From the NCBI GenBank assembly GCA_040954595.2, contig CM082597.2:5523244-5587243 (forward strand): DNA of 64,000 bases, read 5' to 3'. Each line of letters begins with the position of its first letter. Positions within the stretch are counted from its first letter, which is position 1. Source of the stretch: Balanoglossus misakiensis. Lineage: Eukaryota > Animalia > Hemichordata. Positions 63,990 through 64,000 of this stretch are shown piece by piece. Below the pieces are notes generated by a model. It did no database searches. It had not been told where the DNA came from and saw only the letters and a program-made list of their open reading frames with translations. Made by a program: the position numbers and the translations under genes.

Positions 63990-64000
63990 GTCTGCTATAC

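Overview
AT-rich animal (metazoan) genomic DNA with GT-AG spliced genes; the gene families suggest a marine invertebrate, possibly an invertebrate deuterostome (inference only). Left half: the 5' part of a divergent GABA-B-like class C GPCR on the minus strand. Six coding exons were reconstructed by hand (24095 down to 514, continuing off the window), with a CRE-containing promoter and a 16.7-kb intron holding a 4.5-kb non-autonomous CACTA/EnSpm element (CACTG TIRs, 2-bp TSD, internal 70-bp x ~12 minisatellite). Right half (all plus strand): a single-coding-exon 999-aa disordered orphan protein with internal duplications and five SUMO-consensus sites; a tandem cluster CYP(clan 2)-CYP-lectin-lectin-CYP (three 3-exon P450s, two secreted tandem-CRD SUEL/rhamnose-binding lectins); and the 5' part of a gene with a GT4/GT-B glycosyltransferase-like domain lacking both E-x7-E glutamates, followed by repeated acidic/polybasic exons. 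Several small MITEs and tandem repeats are also present. All calls come from manual reading and motif recognition; no database searches were run.
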